Assembly (NCBI GenBank): GCA_036000295.1
Contig: DASYFZ010000362.1
Location: 1 to 38,532, forward strand
DNA length: 38,532 bases
From: Solirubrobacteraceae bacterium
GTDB lineage: Bacteria; Actinomycetota; Thermoleophilia; Solirubrobacterales; Solirubrobacteraceae
Direction: 5' to 3'
Position numbers and translations under genes: made by a program. This document shows, piece after piece, positions 1-9,548 of this stretch; position 1 is the stretch's first letter; each line of letters begins with the position of its first letter. Below the pieces are notes generated by a model. It saw only the letters and a list, made by a program, of their open reading frames with translations, did not search any database and was not told the origin of the DNA.

Positions 1-29
1 GGAGTAGTCTCAGCGATGGGTCCTCGGTC

Positions 30-1292
30 ATGGACGCCAAGGAACACCAGGGATCGACAGGGCGAGCTCGCGATGATCGTGCTCTCGATGAACTGCTGCT
101 CGCCCCGGCCGCGATCCTGGAGGGTTTGCCCGATGCTGTCGTAGCGTCGGCCCGCGACGGCCGCGTCGTGTACGTCAACGCGCTCGCCGAGGAGCTGTTC
201 GGATACGCGGCCAGCGAGCTTGCCGGGCAGCAGGTGCAGATGCTGTGGCCCGAGCGGGTGCGCGACCGGTACACGCGCAACATGCAGTTGTACTTCGCGA
301 CTGAGCACCCGATGCGGTTCTCCACGGCCGTCATGGGCCTGCGACGCGACGGCTCGGAGTTCGTCGGCGAGATGAGCTGGGGGATTGTCGAGACCAGTGG
401 CGGGCCGCTGCTGCTGGCGGTCGGTCGCGACGTCTCGGACCGGCACGCCGCCGAGGTGAGGCTGCGTGCTGTGGCGGCGATGGGCGAGCGCGCGCTGGCG
501 GGAGCAGACCCCGCGGATCTCGGCGCGGAGGCGGTTGAGCTGATGCGCACGACGCTGCCGGTGGCAGGTGCCGAGGTGCGCGCGGCCGGCTCCGTGATCG
601 CGTCATCGGGAGATCTATCGCGCGCGGGCGCTCGGGTGCCGATTGGCCCGCAGGGTGAGCTGTTCGTCACGACCGAGCGGCGCCTCTCCGACGATGAGAT
701 CAGCTTCATGCGGGCCGTCGCGAACACGCTCGCCGGTGCGATGGCGCGGCTGCGCGAGACCGAGCGGATGCGTGAAGAAGCGCTTCACGATCCGCTTACC
801 GGCCTCGCGAACCGGACGCTGCTTGCCGACCACCTCGAGCTTGCGCTGGCGCGGTCACGACGAGACGGTGGCGCGACGGCCGTGCTGTTCGTCGATCTCG
901 ACAACTTCAAGCGAGTCAACGACACCTATGGCCATGCGGCGGGCGACGACGCGCTGGTCGAGATCGGCCGCCGGCTGCGGATGGCGGTACGACCGGGCGA
1001 CACGGTGTCTCGCTTCGGCGGCGACGAATTTGTCGTGGTGTGTGAGCACGTCGACCGGATCTCGGCGCTGGCGATCGCCCATCGTGTCGAAGCGGCGATC
1101 CGGCAGCCGTTGGGAGCGGGGGACGCCCAGCACGAGCTGTCGGCGAGCGTCGGGGTCGGACTCGGCCGCGGCCATGCTGACGCGCTGATCGCGAGCGCGG
1201 ACGCCGCCGGCTATCGGGCCAAGGCGGCGGGCGGAGGGCGCGTCGAGCTGTCCACTGAGCCCGTGACCTCCGACGTCATCACCGATGGGTGA
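30..1292 (+). CDS. PAS-domain diguanylate cyclase (PAS + linker/degenerate GAF + GGDEF)
   Basis: N-terminal PAS (LPDAVV...YVNALAEELFGY...RRDGSEF), HDPLTGLANR entry motif, DLDNFKRVNDTYGH, intact RFGGDEF and an RPGD (RxxD) I-site upstream. Confidence 0.93.
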   Translation: MDAKEHQGSTGRARDDRALDELLLAPAAILEGLPDAVVASARDGRVVYVNALAEELFGYAASELAGQQVQMLWPERVRDRYTRNMQLYFATEHPMRFSTAVMGLRRDGSEFVGEMSWGIVETSGGPLLLAVGRDVSDRHAAEVRLRAVAAMGERALAGADPADLGAEAVELMRTTLPVAGAEVRAAGSVIASSGDLSRAGARVPIGPQGELFVTTERRLSDDEISFMRAVANTLAGAMARLRETERMREEALHDPLTGLANRTLLADHLELALARSRRDGGATAVLFVDLDNFKRVNDTYGHAAGDDALVEIGRRLRMAVRPGDTVSRFGGDEFVVVCEHVDRISALAIAHRVEAAIRQPLGAGDAQHELSASVGVGLGRGHADALIASADAAGYRAKAAGGGRVELSTEPVTSDVITDG

Positions 1293-1309
1293 TGACGTGC
1301 CGCCTCAGC

Positions 1310-4027
1310 TCAGCAGGCGATTCTCGCCAGCGGCGCGGCTCGCGCTTGCGAAGCGCAGGCGGTCGGCGCCCGCGGCACCAGTATCACGGCGCTTGCGCGA
1401 GTGGCAGCAAAGTTCGCGCCCGTCACGCGCGCCGGGACTGCGACCGACGCGCCCGCGGGGGTAGCCGAGCCGACTCGTGCCGAGAATCTGAACGTGCGCG
1501 CGTGCCCGCTGATCAGGTCGCTGAGCTCCCAGCACAGCCGTGACCCGGTCGCCGTGGCACCCGGCGCCGCGCGCAGCTTCAGGTGCTTGGGAAGCGATAC
1601 GCACACCTTGGGCATGACACCAGGTGTGCGCGTGGTGACCCCGACAGTGATGACGAAGTCGACCGAACGTCCAGCTGCGACAAGAGGCTGTACAGGCACG
1701 ATGCGGACTTTCGCCGCGGTCGTGCGACGCCTGACCGTTGCGGTGGCCTTGGCGAAGTCGTTGGCGTAGTTGGGTTCGGCGTCGTCGGCGCTGACACTGG
1801 CGGCGTCGATCACCCGCCCCGGCCGCAGCTCACGGAACACGAGATCGACGGAGAAGCTCTCGCCGGGAGCCAGGCTGGGAAACGTGCAGTGCAGCGGCGT
1901 CTCGGAGCCGCAGCTCGCCCCTCCCGGCTTGATGGAGATCAGCTCCGCGGCAGCCGACATCCCGTCGGTCAGGTCCACCGCGGTCGCGGTGCCAGGCCCG
2001 TGGTTGACGACGGTAAGCGTTTCGGTGATGTCGCCCCCGAGCGGCACGCTCCGCGCGCTCTCGCGGTCGGCGATCGAGAGGTCAGCCATCGGTGCGGTCG
2101 GCGCAGGCATGGTGGCGGTCGCGTCGTTGCTGGCGTTGGCCGGGGTTGGATCGAATTGCGATGCGATCACGCTGGCCGCGTCCACCGAGCCGGTCGTCGC
2201 ATCACCCGGCGGTTCGACGATCACGATGTTCGCCTCGACCGTACCGCCGCCGTCGAGATGGGGGACCGTGCACACCACCTCGGTGGCGGTGATCGAGCAG
2301 GATCCCTGATCGATCGTGGCGGACTCGATGGTTGCGCCCGCCGGCACCGTGTCGCGAAACACCACGTCGGTTGCGTCCGCGGGCCCGTGGTTCTCGATCG
2401 CGACGTGATCGTCGACGACGTCGTTGCCGAATGCGGACGGGGCCACCGTCTCGGTCTGAGCGAGCGCCAAGTCGGCGGGCTCGGCGCTACGTGGCTCCGC
2501 GCTGACTGTGGTGATCGTCTCCGACGAGCTGGCGCTCAGCTCCTTGTTGAGCGTCGGCGCGATGAACGTGGCCAGGGCTACGTTCTTGATCTCACTTTCG
2601 GCGGAGTCGCTGGGGTCGACGCGCACGTCGAAGGTGACCTGCGCTCGGTCGCCGGGTGTCCCTTTGATCGCGATCTTGCCGCCGCTGCCCGGTCCTGCGC
2701 CGCCGCCGAGGAAGAAACGAACGGCGTGCTGCGACGCGTCGTACTCACCAAGGTCGTCCCCTGCGGGATCGCTGGGCGCGGCCTGGCTGGCGGGAGCGCC
2801 GGAGATCCGCAGCGTTCCCGCCAGATAGGTCGTGTTCGACGGCAGGTGGTCGACGGCGACGAAGTTTGTCGCCGCCTCGAGGCCTTCGTTGGTGTACGTG
2901 ATCGTGTAGCGAAGCGTGTCGCCCCCTCGCGTTGGGCCGTCGGGATGCGTGAGGTTGGCGACGGTCTTGGTCGCGCGGATGTCAGGTGCGTACAGGTCGG
3001 TCGCAAAGGTGATCACGTGTGGGAGGTATTGGTCGCTGCTGGTGCGCAGCGCGATCTTGGCGCTGCTTGCGCCGTTGGCGAGGATCCCATCGATGCGGAG
3101 CAGCTTGGCGTCGAAACCGAGCTGGTTGACGTAGTCGGGCGTCTTGTCGGTGAGGTTGCGGCCGTCGACCGAGATCGTGCTGTTGAAGAGGTTGTTGGCG
3201 GGATTGACGGCATCGCTGAGCGCCTTGCCGTCGAGCGTGGCGCTGTCACCGCTCAGGCCTCGGTCGCCCTCGTAGGCGACGAACCCCAGCTTGGTGCGGA
3301 CCGGTCCGCTCAGCGGGGTCTGAAATCCGCTTACCGGGATCGTCAACGCAGGCTTGCTCTGCGTGACGGACTGCAAGCCGTCGAACACGGTCAGGTTGCG
3401 GGGCGGATCGCCGAACGCCTCGTAGGCGACCGCGAGGGCCCAGCCGGCATAGCGATCCTCGCCGGTGGCGGCCTGGACGTTCGCCACCGTGTAGACGCCC
3501 GAGCCCGAGCGGCTGACCTGGCCGGTGACGTCCACGAACGCTCCGTACGCGCCGGTGACCTCGCTGCTCTGATCGACCGCTGCGGTCAACCGCTCAAACC
3601 CGGCAGCTCCTGGTGGCTTGAGGTCGACCGTTCGAAGGCCTGCCGGCGAGGAGTCAGGCGCCGCCTTGCCCTTGGTGCCGGCGGTCGTGCGTGCGCCGTA
3701 GTACAGCCCGGCGAACAGCACCCGCGCACCCGCCGGGAGGCTCAGCCGCGCCGAGGATGAGTCGAGCATCGTGCGGTCGACGTCGACCCGCTCCATCACA
3801 AAGCCGTTGTTGTTCAGCGAGCTGCCCTCGCCCTTGCGGGCGTTCGCGCACTCGGCTGCGGCGGCCTGGCACGTCTCGAGCGTGTTGCCGACGATTGCGA
3901 TATCGCCGCTGGCGTTCGTGCTGAACCTCGGCGTGAACTCCCGGTCGGCGATTGCGGACGACGCGAGCCCGAGCATCGCGAGGCACACGAACATCAGGGA
4001 GGTTCCGATCGCAGCTCCCCGTTTCAT
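1310..4027 (-). CDS. Secreted surface protein with DUF11/'conserved repeat' Ig-like domains (adhesin-like)
   Basis: Signal peptide MKRGAAIG...ASSAIA; RBS GAAGGAG upstream; repeated DUF11 signatures GDTLRYTITYTNEG, ENHGPADATDV and VNHGPGTATAV...EPNYAND. Confidence 0.85.
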   Translation of the reverse strand: MKRGAAIGTSLMFVCLAMLGLASSAIADREFTPRFSTNASGDIAIVGNTLETCQAAAAECANARKGEGSSLNNNGFVMERVDVDRTMLDSSSARLSLPAGARVLFAGLYYGARTTAGTKGKAAPDSSPAGLRTVDLKPPGAAGFERLTAAVDQSSEVTGAYGAFVDVTGQVSRSGSGVYTVANVQAATGEDRYAGWALAVAYEAFGDPPRNLTVFDGLQSVTQSKPALTIPVSGFQTPLSGPVRTKLGFVAYEGDRGLSGDSATLDGKALSDAVNPANNLFNSTISVDGRNLTDKTPDYVNQLGFDAKLLRIDGILANGASSAKIALRTSSDQYLPHVITFATDLYAPDIRATKTVANLTHPDGPTRGGDTLRYTITYTNEGLEAATNFVAVDHLPSNTTYLAGTLRISGAPASQAAPSDPAGDDLGEYDASQHAVRFFLGGGAGPGSGGKIAIKGTPGDRAQVTFDVRVDPSDSAESEIKNVALATFIAPTLNKELSASSSETITTVSAEPRSAEPADLALAQTETVAPSAFGNDVVDDHVAIENHGPADATDVVFRDTVPAGATIESATIDQGSCSITATEVVCTVPHLDGGGTVEANIVIVEPPGDATTGSVDAASVIASQFDPTPANASNDATATMPAPTAPMADLSIADRESARSVPLGGDITETLTVVNHGPGTATAVDLTDGMSAAAELISIKPGGASCGSETPLHCTFPSLAPGESFSVDLVFRELRPGRVIDAASVSADDAEPNYANDFAKATATVRRRTTAAKVRIVPVQPLVAAGRSVDFVITVGVTTRTPGVMPKVCVSLPKHLKLRAAPGATATGSRLCWELSDLISGHARTFRFSARVGSATPAGASVAVPARVTGANFAATRASAVILVPRAPTACASQARAAPLARIAC

Positions 4028-4153
4028 GGACCGTCTCCTTCGCGCGACGTCGCTTAAGCAAGCCAGCGTCCGGCGTCGAGCGCATCACCCTGATGGGATG
4101 ACAACCGATCGCGCTCCGGATAGGCGGTTTGTGGCTGCGGCACAATGGAGGGG

Positions 4154-4552
4154 ATGACCCAGAGAAAGCCTGCGGGCGTCAGGTTCGAGAGCTGGATCGA
4201 TCGCCAGATTCGCGAGGCCGCCGAGCGGGGCGAGTTCGAAGACCTGCCCGGAGCCGGGGCTCCGCTCGAGGACCTCGACAAGCCCTACGACGAGATGTGG
4301 TGGGTCAAGCGCAAGTTCCGCGACGAGCAGCTGTCCTACCTGCCGCCGTCACTGGCGCTTCGCAAGGAGGCCCACGCCGTCCTCGCAGGGGTGAGCCAGG
4401 CGCGCACCGAAGCGGAGGTGCGCGACCGGATCGAGGCGATCAACGAGAAGATCCGCGATGCGATCCGCCTGGGCATCCGTGGCCCGGACTTCAACCTCAC
4501 GCCGTTCAACGTCGAGCGGATCGTCGCCGAGTGGCGACGGGCCCGAGACTGA
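4154..4552 (+). CDS. DUF1992 (DnaJ-C28-like) domain protein
   Basis: Family signature FESWIDRQIREAAERGEFEDLPGAGAPL...WW...LPPSLALRKE; ATG 4154 follows GGAGGGG. Confidence 0.88.
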   Translation: MTQRKPAGVRFESWIDRQIREAAERGEFEDLPGAGAPLEDLDKPYDEMWWVKRKFRDEQLSYLPPSLALRKEAHAVLAGVSQARTEAEVRDRIEAINEKIRDAIRLGIRGPDFNLTPFNVERIVAEWRRARD

Positions 4553-4566
4553 GCGAAGATCGGGCG

Positions 4567-5985
4567 ATGGGCACACCGGTCAAGCTGAGGGCCCGGGGCG
4601 CCGCAGCGTCGGTGGTCGAGCGCATCCCGACTCCTGGTGTGCGGCCGCTTGCGATTCCCCCGCCCGGTAGCGGGCTCAAGCCGGTGATGGGCGATCCCGG
4701 GATGCCCGTGGTGGGCCACACGCTCGAGTTCCTGCACGACGGGTTGCGTCACGCACGCGATTACCACCGGCGGCTGGGGACTGTCTTCTGGCTAAACGCC
4801 GTCGGCGGCAGTTGGGTGCAGGTGCTCGGCCCCAGCGGCCTCGAGACGGTGCTCACCAACCGCGATCGCGCGTTCTCCAACAAGCTTGGATGGGATCCGC
4901 TGATCGGAGCGTTCTTCGACCGGGGCGTGATGCTCATGGACTTCGAGGAGCACCGCCATCACCGGCGGATCATGCAGCAGGCGTTCAAGCACGAGCGGCT
5001 GGTCGGATACCTCGACAGGATGAACCCGGCGATCGCCCGCGGCATCGCCGGCTGGCAGCCCGGCAGCGGCTTTCAGCTCTACCGCGCCGCCAAGCAGTTG
5101 ACGCTCGACGTCGCCACCGAGGTGTTCGTCGGCGGGCAGCCGAGCCCCGAGGCCGATCGCCTCAATGCCGCGTTCATCAACACCGTCCTCGGCGGCCAGG
5201 CGATAATCCGCGCCGACGTGCCCGGCGGCAAGTGGCATCGCGGGCTCGAGAGTCGCCACCTGCTCGAGGATTACTTCCGCAGTCAGTTGCCGATCAAGCG
5301 CGCGAGCGAGACCGACGATCTGTTCAGCGTGCTGTGCCGCGCGCAGACCGAAGATGGCGAGCGCTTCAGCGACGAGGACGTGGTCAACCACATGATCTTC
5401 ACGATGATGGCGGCCCACGACACGAGCACGATCACCGTCGCGATGATGGGCTACTACCTGGCCAGGCATCCCGAGTGGCAGGACCGCCTGCGGGAGGAGT
5501 CGCGGGCGCTCGGAAAGGACGCGATCAGCTACGACGACCTCGACGCGCTGCCGTCGATGGAGCTCGTGTTCAAGGAGACCACGCGACTGAACGCGCCCGT
5601 GGGCACGCTTGCGCGCCAGGCGATCAAGGACACCGAGATCGACGGCTACTACATCCCGGGCGGCAGCAAACTGATGATCGGCATCTACTCGACGCAGCGG
5701 ATGGAGCCGTGGTGGCGCAATCCGGACACGTTCGATCCCGAGCGCTTCAACGAGTCGCGCCGCGAAGACGCTCTGCACAAGTACGCCTGGACACCCTTCG
5801 GCGGCGGGGTGCACAAGTGCATCGGCATGCATTTCGGCTCGATGGAGGTCAAGGCGATCCTGCACCAGTTGCTGTTGCGCAACTACTGGCGGATCCCCGC
5901 CGGCTACCAGCCGGTTCTCGACTACGGCACAGGCCCGTTCCCGAGCGACGGCCTCCCGGTCGAGCTCTGCCCGTTGTCACGCTAG
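4567..5985 (+). CDS. Cytochrome P450 (CYP136-like)
   Basis: I-helix AAHDTST, ExxR (ETTR), FDPERF and heme motif FGGGVHKCIG. The start is ATG 4567; the ORF-track extension to 4129 overlaps the DUF1992 gene. Confidence 0.93.
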   Translation: MGTPVKLRARGAAASVVERIPTPGVRPLAIPPPGSGLKPVMGDPGMPVVGHTLEFLHDGLRHARDYHRRLGTVFWLNAVGGSWVQVLGPSGLETVLTNRDRAFSNKLGWDPLIGAFFDRGVMLMDFEEHRHHRRIMQQAFKHERLVGYLDRMNPAIARGIAGWQPGSGFQLYRAAKQLTLDVATEVFVGGQPSPEADRLNAAFINTVLGGQAIIRADVPGGKWHRGLESRHLLEDYFRSQLPIKRASETDDLFSVLCRAQTEDGERFSDEDVVNHMIFTMMAAHDTSTITVAMMGYYLARHPEWQDRLREESRALGKDAISYDDLDALPSMELVFKETTRLNAPVGTLARQAIKDTEIDGYYIPGGSKLMIGIYSTQRMEPWWRNPDTFDPERFNESRREDALHKYAWTPFGGGVHKCIGMHFGSMEVKAILHQLLLRNYWRIPAGYQPVLDYGTGPFPSDGLPVELCPLSR

Positions 5986-6028
5986 ATCGCCTGCTCGCCG
6001 CCCGTGGTACTTTGCCGCGCGGGCGGAG

Positions 6029-7543
6029 ATGAAATCCCGTGGACTGCGACTTGTAGGGGCACTGGTGGCTGCGGGTATCGCGCTGGGCTCGGCCGGCCCC
6101 GGACGGGCCGCTGCTGACTCGCTGTCTTTAGCGATCACGCCCGCGCAGCCCAGCGACGCGGTGGCTCCGCAGATCGCGGCAAGCGGCGACAGCTCAAACG
6201 CCGGCGGCGCCGTGCTGCACGTCGACTACAGGCAGGCGGACACGGGTGGTTGCGCGTCGGATCCGACGCTCGACACCGGCACGCCGTTGTCCCCGGACGG
6301 CACGAGCCTGGGTGTGGGCCAGTTCGGTCCGGTCGTCGGCGATCCGCAGATGCTTGCGATCGGGGGCTACATGTTGTGCGGATGGGTCACCGATCCCAGT
6401 GACGAGACGGTCGTGTTCGCGTCCGCTTCGGCGACGTTCACGGTGACCGCGAGCGATTCCGTGGCGCTCGTGCCGGTGGCCGGCGCGGTCGAGGGCCGCC
6501 CGTTCGACGTCGACGCGACCGGGCTTGCGTACGACCCCAACGCGGTCATCGACGCCACCTACAAGCCCGCGGGAGGCGCGTGCGCGCCCTCCCCGGATCT
6601 CGACACCGGCATCATCGCCAACGACAGCGGCAGCCCACCCGACCCCGGCCCGTACTCCGATCCAGTGCTGTCGCAGCAGGTTCTCGATGCCGGCCGATAT
6701 CTGATTTGCGCGTGGCTGGTCGATCCACAGGATCCGGCAGATCTGCTCGAAGCGACGTCGGAGACGATCACGGTCGCGCCGGTCCAGGCGTCGATTCAGC
6801 TTCGGGCGCCAGGTCGAATCGACGGCGGGCAGGCGTTCGAACTGGCGCTGAGCGCGAACGTCGATTGGGGCGTGCCGTTGATCGCGGTCGCGGACGTCAA
6901 GCGCGATACGAAGGGCGTTGGATGCGCCGGCAACCCGGTCGGCGAGCCGATGGCGGCCCCGCAGGAGATCAACGACGAAATCACCGGCACGCAAGAGCCG
7001 GCGGGCGTCGTCAGCTCAACGAACAGCCACGTCTCGGTATCGGGTTACGGCTCCTATCTGCTGTGCGCTTGGTTGCTCAACGGCTGGACTTCGGCGGCGA
7101 ATCCGCCGACGGTGGCCGGCCCGATCTCGGCGGTCGTGACGGCTGTCCGGCCCGAGACGTTCCGCGGGCGCACGTCGCAACGGCTCCCGATCAAGATCAC
7201 GCTGGCGCCAGTCGCACAGCTCGTGCTTGCCATCGCTTACAAAGACCGGCTGCAGTGCGCCGGACCGGCGACGCTGGCGAATGGAACACGCTGGAACGGC
7301 CTCTGGGGCAACGACTTCGGCAAAGGCGCGCTGGGCACGTTGCGGATCCGGGGGTCCCGGACTTTCCGCGTGAACCTGAAAGCCAACCGCGATCACACGT
7401 TCAGGCTCCAGGGTCGCCTTCGGCGCAAGCGGATTACCGGCACCTTCTCGGAGCAGGGTGAGTCGTCCGCGTTCACGTCCAACCCCGCCCAGAGTCTGGC
7501 TTGCGCTACCGGTGATGTGCGCTATACGGTCAGCGTGGGATGA
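6029..7543 (+). CDS. Secreted hypothetical protein with three ~110-125 aa two-Cys repeats and a basic C-terminal domain
   Basis: Signal peptide ending GRAAA; repeats carry GYMLCGW, GRYLICAW and GSYLLCAW; ATGA overlap with the next gene. Confidence 0.8.
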   Translation: MKSRGLRLVGALVAAGIALGSAGPGRAAADSLSLAITPAQPSDAVAPQIAASGDSSNAGGAVLHVDYRQADTGGCASDPTLDTGTPLSPDGTSLGVGQFGPVVGDPQMLAIGGYMLCGWVTDPSDETVVFASASATFTVTASDSVALVPVAGAVEGRPFDVDATGLAYDPNAVIDATYKPAGGACAPSPDLDTGIIANDSGSPPDPGPYSDPVLSQQVLDAGRYLICAWLVDPQDPADLLEATSETITVAPVQASIQLRAPGRIDGGQAFELALSANVDWGVPLIAVADVKRDTKGVGCAGNPVGEPMAAPQEINDEITGTQEPAGVVSSTNSHVSVSGYGSYLLCAWLLNGWTSAANPPTVAGPISAVVTAVRPETFRGRTSQRLPIKITLAPVAQLVLAIAYKDRLQCAGPATLANGTRWNGLWGNDFGKGALGTLRIRGSRTFRVNLKANRDHTFRLQGRLRRKRITGTFSEQGESSAFTSNPAQSLACATGDVRYTVSVG

Positions 7544-9543
7544 CGGCGATCGCGCTCAAGTCTGTGCTCGCGGCGGCGGCGATGCTGTTCACGCCGGCCG
7601 GTGGATACCACGGCCACTACGCCCATGGAACAGCCGCGCCATTTCGTGTCGGCGCGGCCGTCGCGGACTTCACGCCGCCGGCGTCTGGTCGCGTGCGTGG
7701 CGGCGATCCCGCCAACTGCGCACACCCGCCGCAGTACAACGGGGCCCGCCCGTTCGCATTCGAGGAGCCGTACGTCGATGCGCAGCACGATGGTCACTAC
7801 GACCTCGGCGATCCGTTCATCGACTGCAACCACGACGGCCGCTGGGACGGCAATCTGCTGGGCGGCGGAGCGAACACCCCGCGCTTCTACGACCACGTCG
7901 CCGATCCGGTGGGGGCGCGCGCGATGGTTGTGTCGAACGGCCGCCAAACCGTGGCCGTCGAGGTCGTCGACCAGGAAGGGCTGTTCAACGTCTACCAGCA
8001 GCGGATCCGGGCAAAGGTCCGTGCCGACGGCTACCGCTTGAGCAACATCTTCATCTCTGCCACTCACGACGAGTCTGCCCCGGACAGCCTCGGTCTCGGT
8101 GGTGTCTCCCAAACCGCTTCTGGCGTCAACAACTACTGGGTCAGCTACCTGGTCGACCAGAGCGCGCGCGCAATCGAGCGGGCCTACCGCGCACGGCGCC
8201 CGGCGACGATCCGCTACACGGAGGTCCTCGAGCCAGCCAACGTCCGCCAGTGCTGGTCCTCGTATCCGTTCGTCGACGACCAGCACATCCCCGTGCTGCA
8301 GGCGGTCGACCCACGCGGTCGCACGATCGTCACGCTCGCCAGCGTCAGTCAGCACGACGAGACGCTCGGCTTCAACGGCGGCACGCCGACGCTTGACGCG
8401 CAGAACCGCTGGGTGTCGTCGGACTGGATCAACTTCTTCCGCGGCTCGCTGGAGCGCCGACTGGGAGGGGTCGCGATCGAAATGGCTGGAGCGGTGGGCT
8501 CGGTCGAGAGCCCGGAGGTGTACCGATCCGCGATTTCCCGCACCCCGCGGCAGTTCGTCGACGCCAGCCACTCCGCGGGTTGCCGCACCCTGTTCAGAGC
8601 TCCGCACGGCGTAGACGCGACCGGTGCGCTTCACGTGCCCGTCGGGTACACCGGCGAGACCAAGGCGTTCGGGACCGACATGGCCGGGCCGATCATCCAG
8701 GCGCTGAAGGCCGGCAGGTACCACAACTCGCACACCAACCTGATCTGGGGGGCACGATCGAGCATCTGCATCAGGCTCCAGAACGAGCTGTTCATCCTCG
8801 GCGCGAGCCTGGGCGTGTTCGCTCAGCGGCCCGCGTACAACGCGGCTTGCACGGTCGCCTCGCCGGTGGGGGTCAACGGCGGCTCGACCGGCGAGTCGCT
8901 TCGGTCCAACGTAGCGGCGTTCCAGATCGGTGACGGCGAGTTCATCTCGATCCCGGGCGAGGCGTTTCCATACACGTATCTGCGCGGCTTCCTCGGACCG
9001 CAGGACATGCCCGATCCGAGCGCCTCGCTGCCTCCGTGGCTGGTGCCGCACATGCATGCTCCGTTTCGCTTCGTCGACGGGCTCGGCGAAGACATGCTCG
9101 GATACATCTTCCCCGCGGGCAACGCGGTCGGCATCCCATCGGCCACCGACCTCGACCCGTCGTCGCGCGATCGCTTCGGTTGCGGCCACTCCGACGACTC
9201 CGAGTCGACGTCGGCCCAGGCCGGCAACATCGTCGGCGACGCGCTCGTACGGTTACTCGACCGCCGCGGCGGCGCTTCGGAGGAGATCGCGCGCGGTCGC
9301 TACATCCTGCCGTCGGGCCAGCGCTCGCGCGACCCCCTCGGCGGGCCTGAGATCAAGTGCACGACCGATCAGACGTTCCGCCACGGCGGCCACGCGGTCG
9401 CCGTGCAACTGGCTGGTGGGCGCGTTGTGCACCCCGCGTTGTGGATGTCCCTTAGCGGCCTGCCGCAGCGTGTTCCCGACCGCGACACGCGTGGCTACTT
9501 CGATGCGCGTGGGCGCCGTGTGTGGCTGGACGTGTTCCGGTGA
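7540..9543 (+). CDS. Secreted neutral/alkaline ceramidase-like metallo-amidohydrolase
   Basis: FRVGAAVADFTP start, DPVGARAMVV, ISATHDESAPD (cf. SATHTHSGP), SSDW and IPGEAFP motifs; hydrophobic N-terminus. Confidence 0.7.
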   Translation: MTAIALKSVLAAAAMLFTPAGGYHGHYAHGTAAPFRVGAAVADFTPPASGRVRGGDPANCAHPPQYNGARPFAFEEPYVDAQHDGHYDLGDPFIDCNHDGRWDGNLLGGGANTPRFYDHVADPVGARAMVVSNGRQTVAVEVVDQEGLFNVYQQRIRAKVRADGYRLSNIFISATHDESAPDSLGLGGVSQTASGVNNYWVSYLVDQSARAIERAYRARRPATIRYTEVLEPANVRQCWSSYPFVDDQHIPVLQAVDPRGRTIVTLASVSQHDETLGFNGGTPTLDAQNRWVSSDWINFFRGSLERRLGGVAIEMAGAVGSVESPEVYRSAISRTPRQFVDASHSAGCRTLFRAPHGVDATGALHVPVGYTGETKAFGTDMAGPIIQALKAGRYHNSHTNLIWGARSSICIRLQNELFILGASLGVFAQRPAYNAACTVASPVGVNGGSTGESLRSNVAAFQIGDGEFISIPGEAFPYTYLRGFLGPQDMPDPSASLPPWLVPHMHAPFRFVDGLGEDMLGYIFPAGNAVGIPSATDLDPSSRDRFGCGHSDDSESTSAQAGNIVGDALVRLLDRRGGASEEIARGRYILPSGQRSRDPLGGPEIKCTTDQTFRHGGHAVAVQLAGGRVVHPALWMSLSGLPQRVPDRDTRGYFDARGRRVWLDVFR

Positions 9544-9548
9544 TCAGG

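Noticed and set aside
1583-3760. 725-aa plus-strand ORF, and similar long antisense ORFs (7522-9189, 10759-11868, 24192-25505, 26416-27723, 27877-29607)
   Set aside because: These are antisense shadows of well-supported genes, expected at high GC, and carry no family motifs.
30-4027. Functional link between the diguanylate cyclase and the adjacent adhesin-like gene
   Set aside because: The genes are convergent, and no c-di-GMP riboswitch or effector gene is visible; adjacency alone is not enough.
4129-4566. N-terminal extension of the P450 ORF (likewise 29326-29847 for the Mo subunit, 16371-16658 for crcB2, 19608-19886 for the cupin)
   Set aside because: Each overlaps a real upstream gene in another frame. 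Nearer starts with coupling or an RBS exist, and there is no sign of programmed frameshifting.
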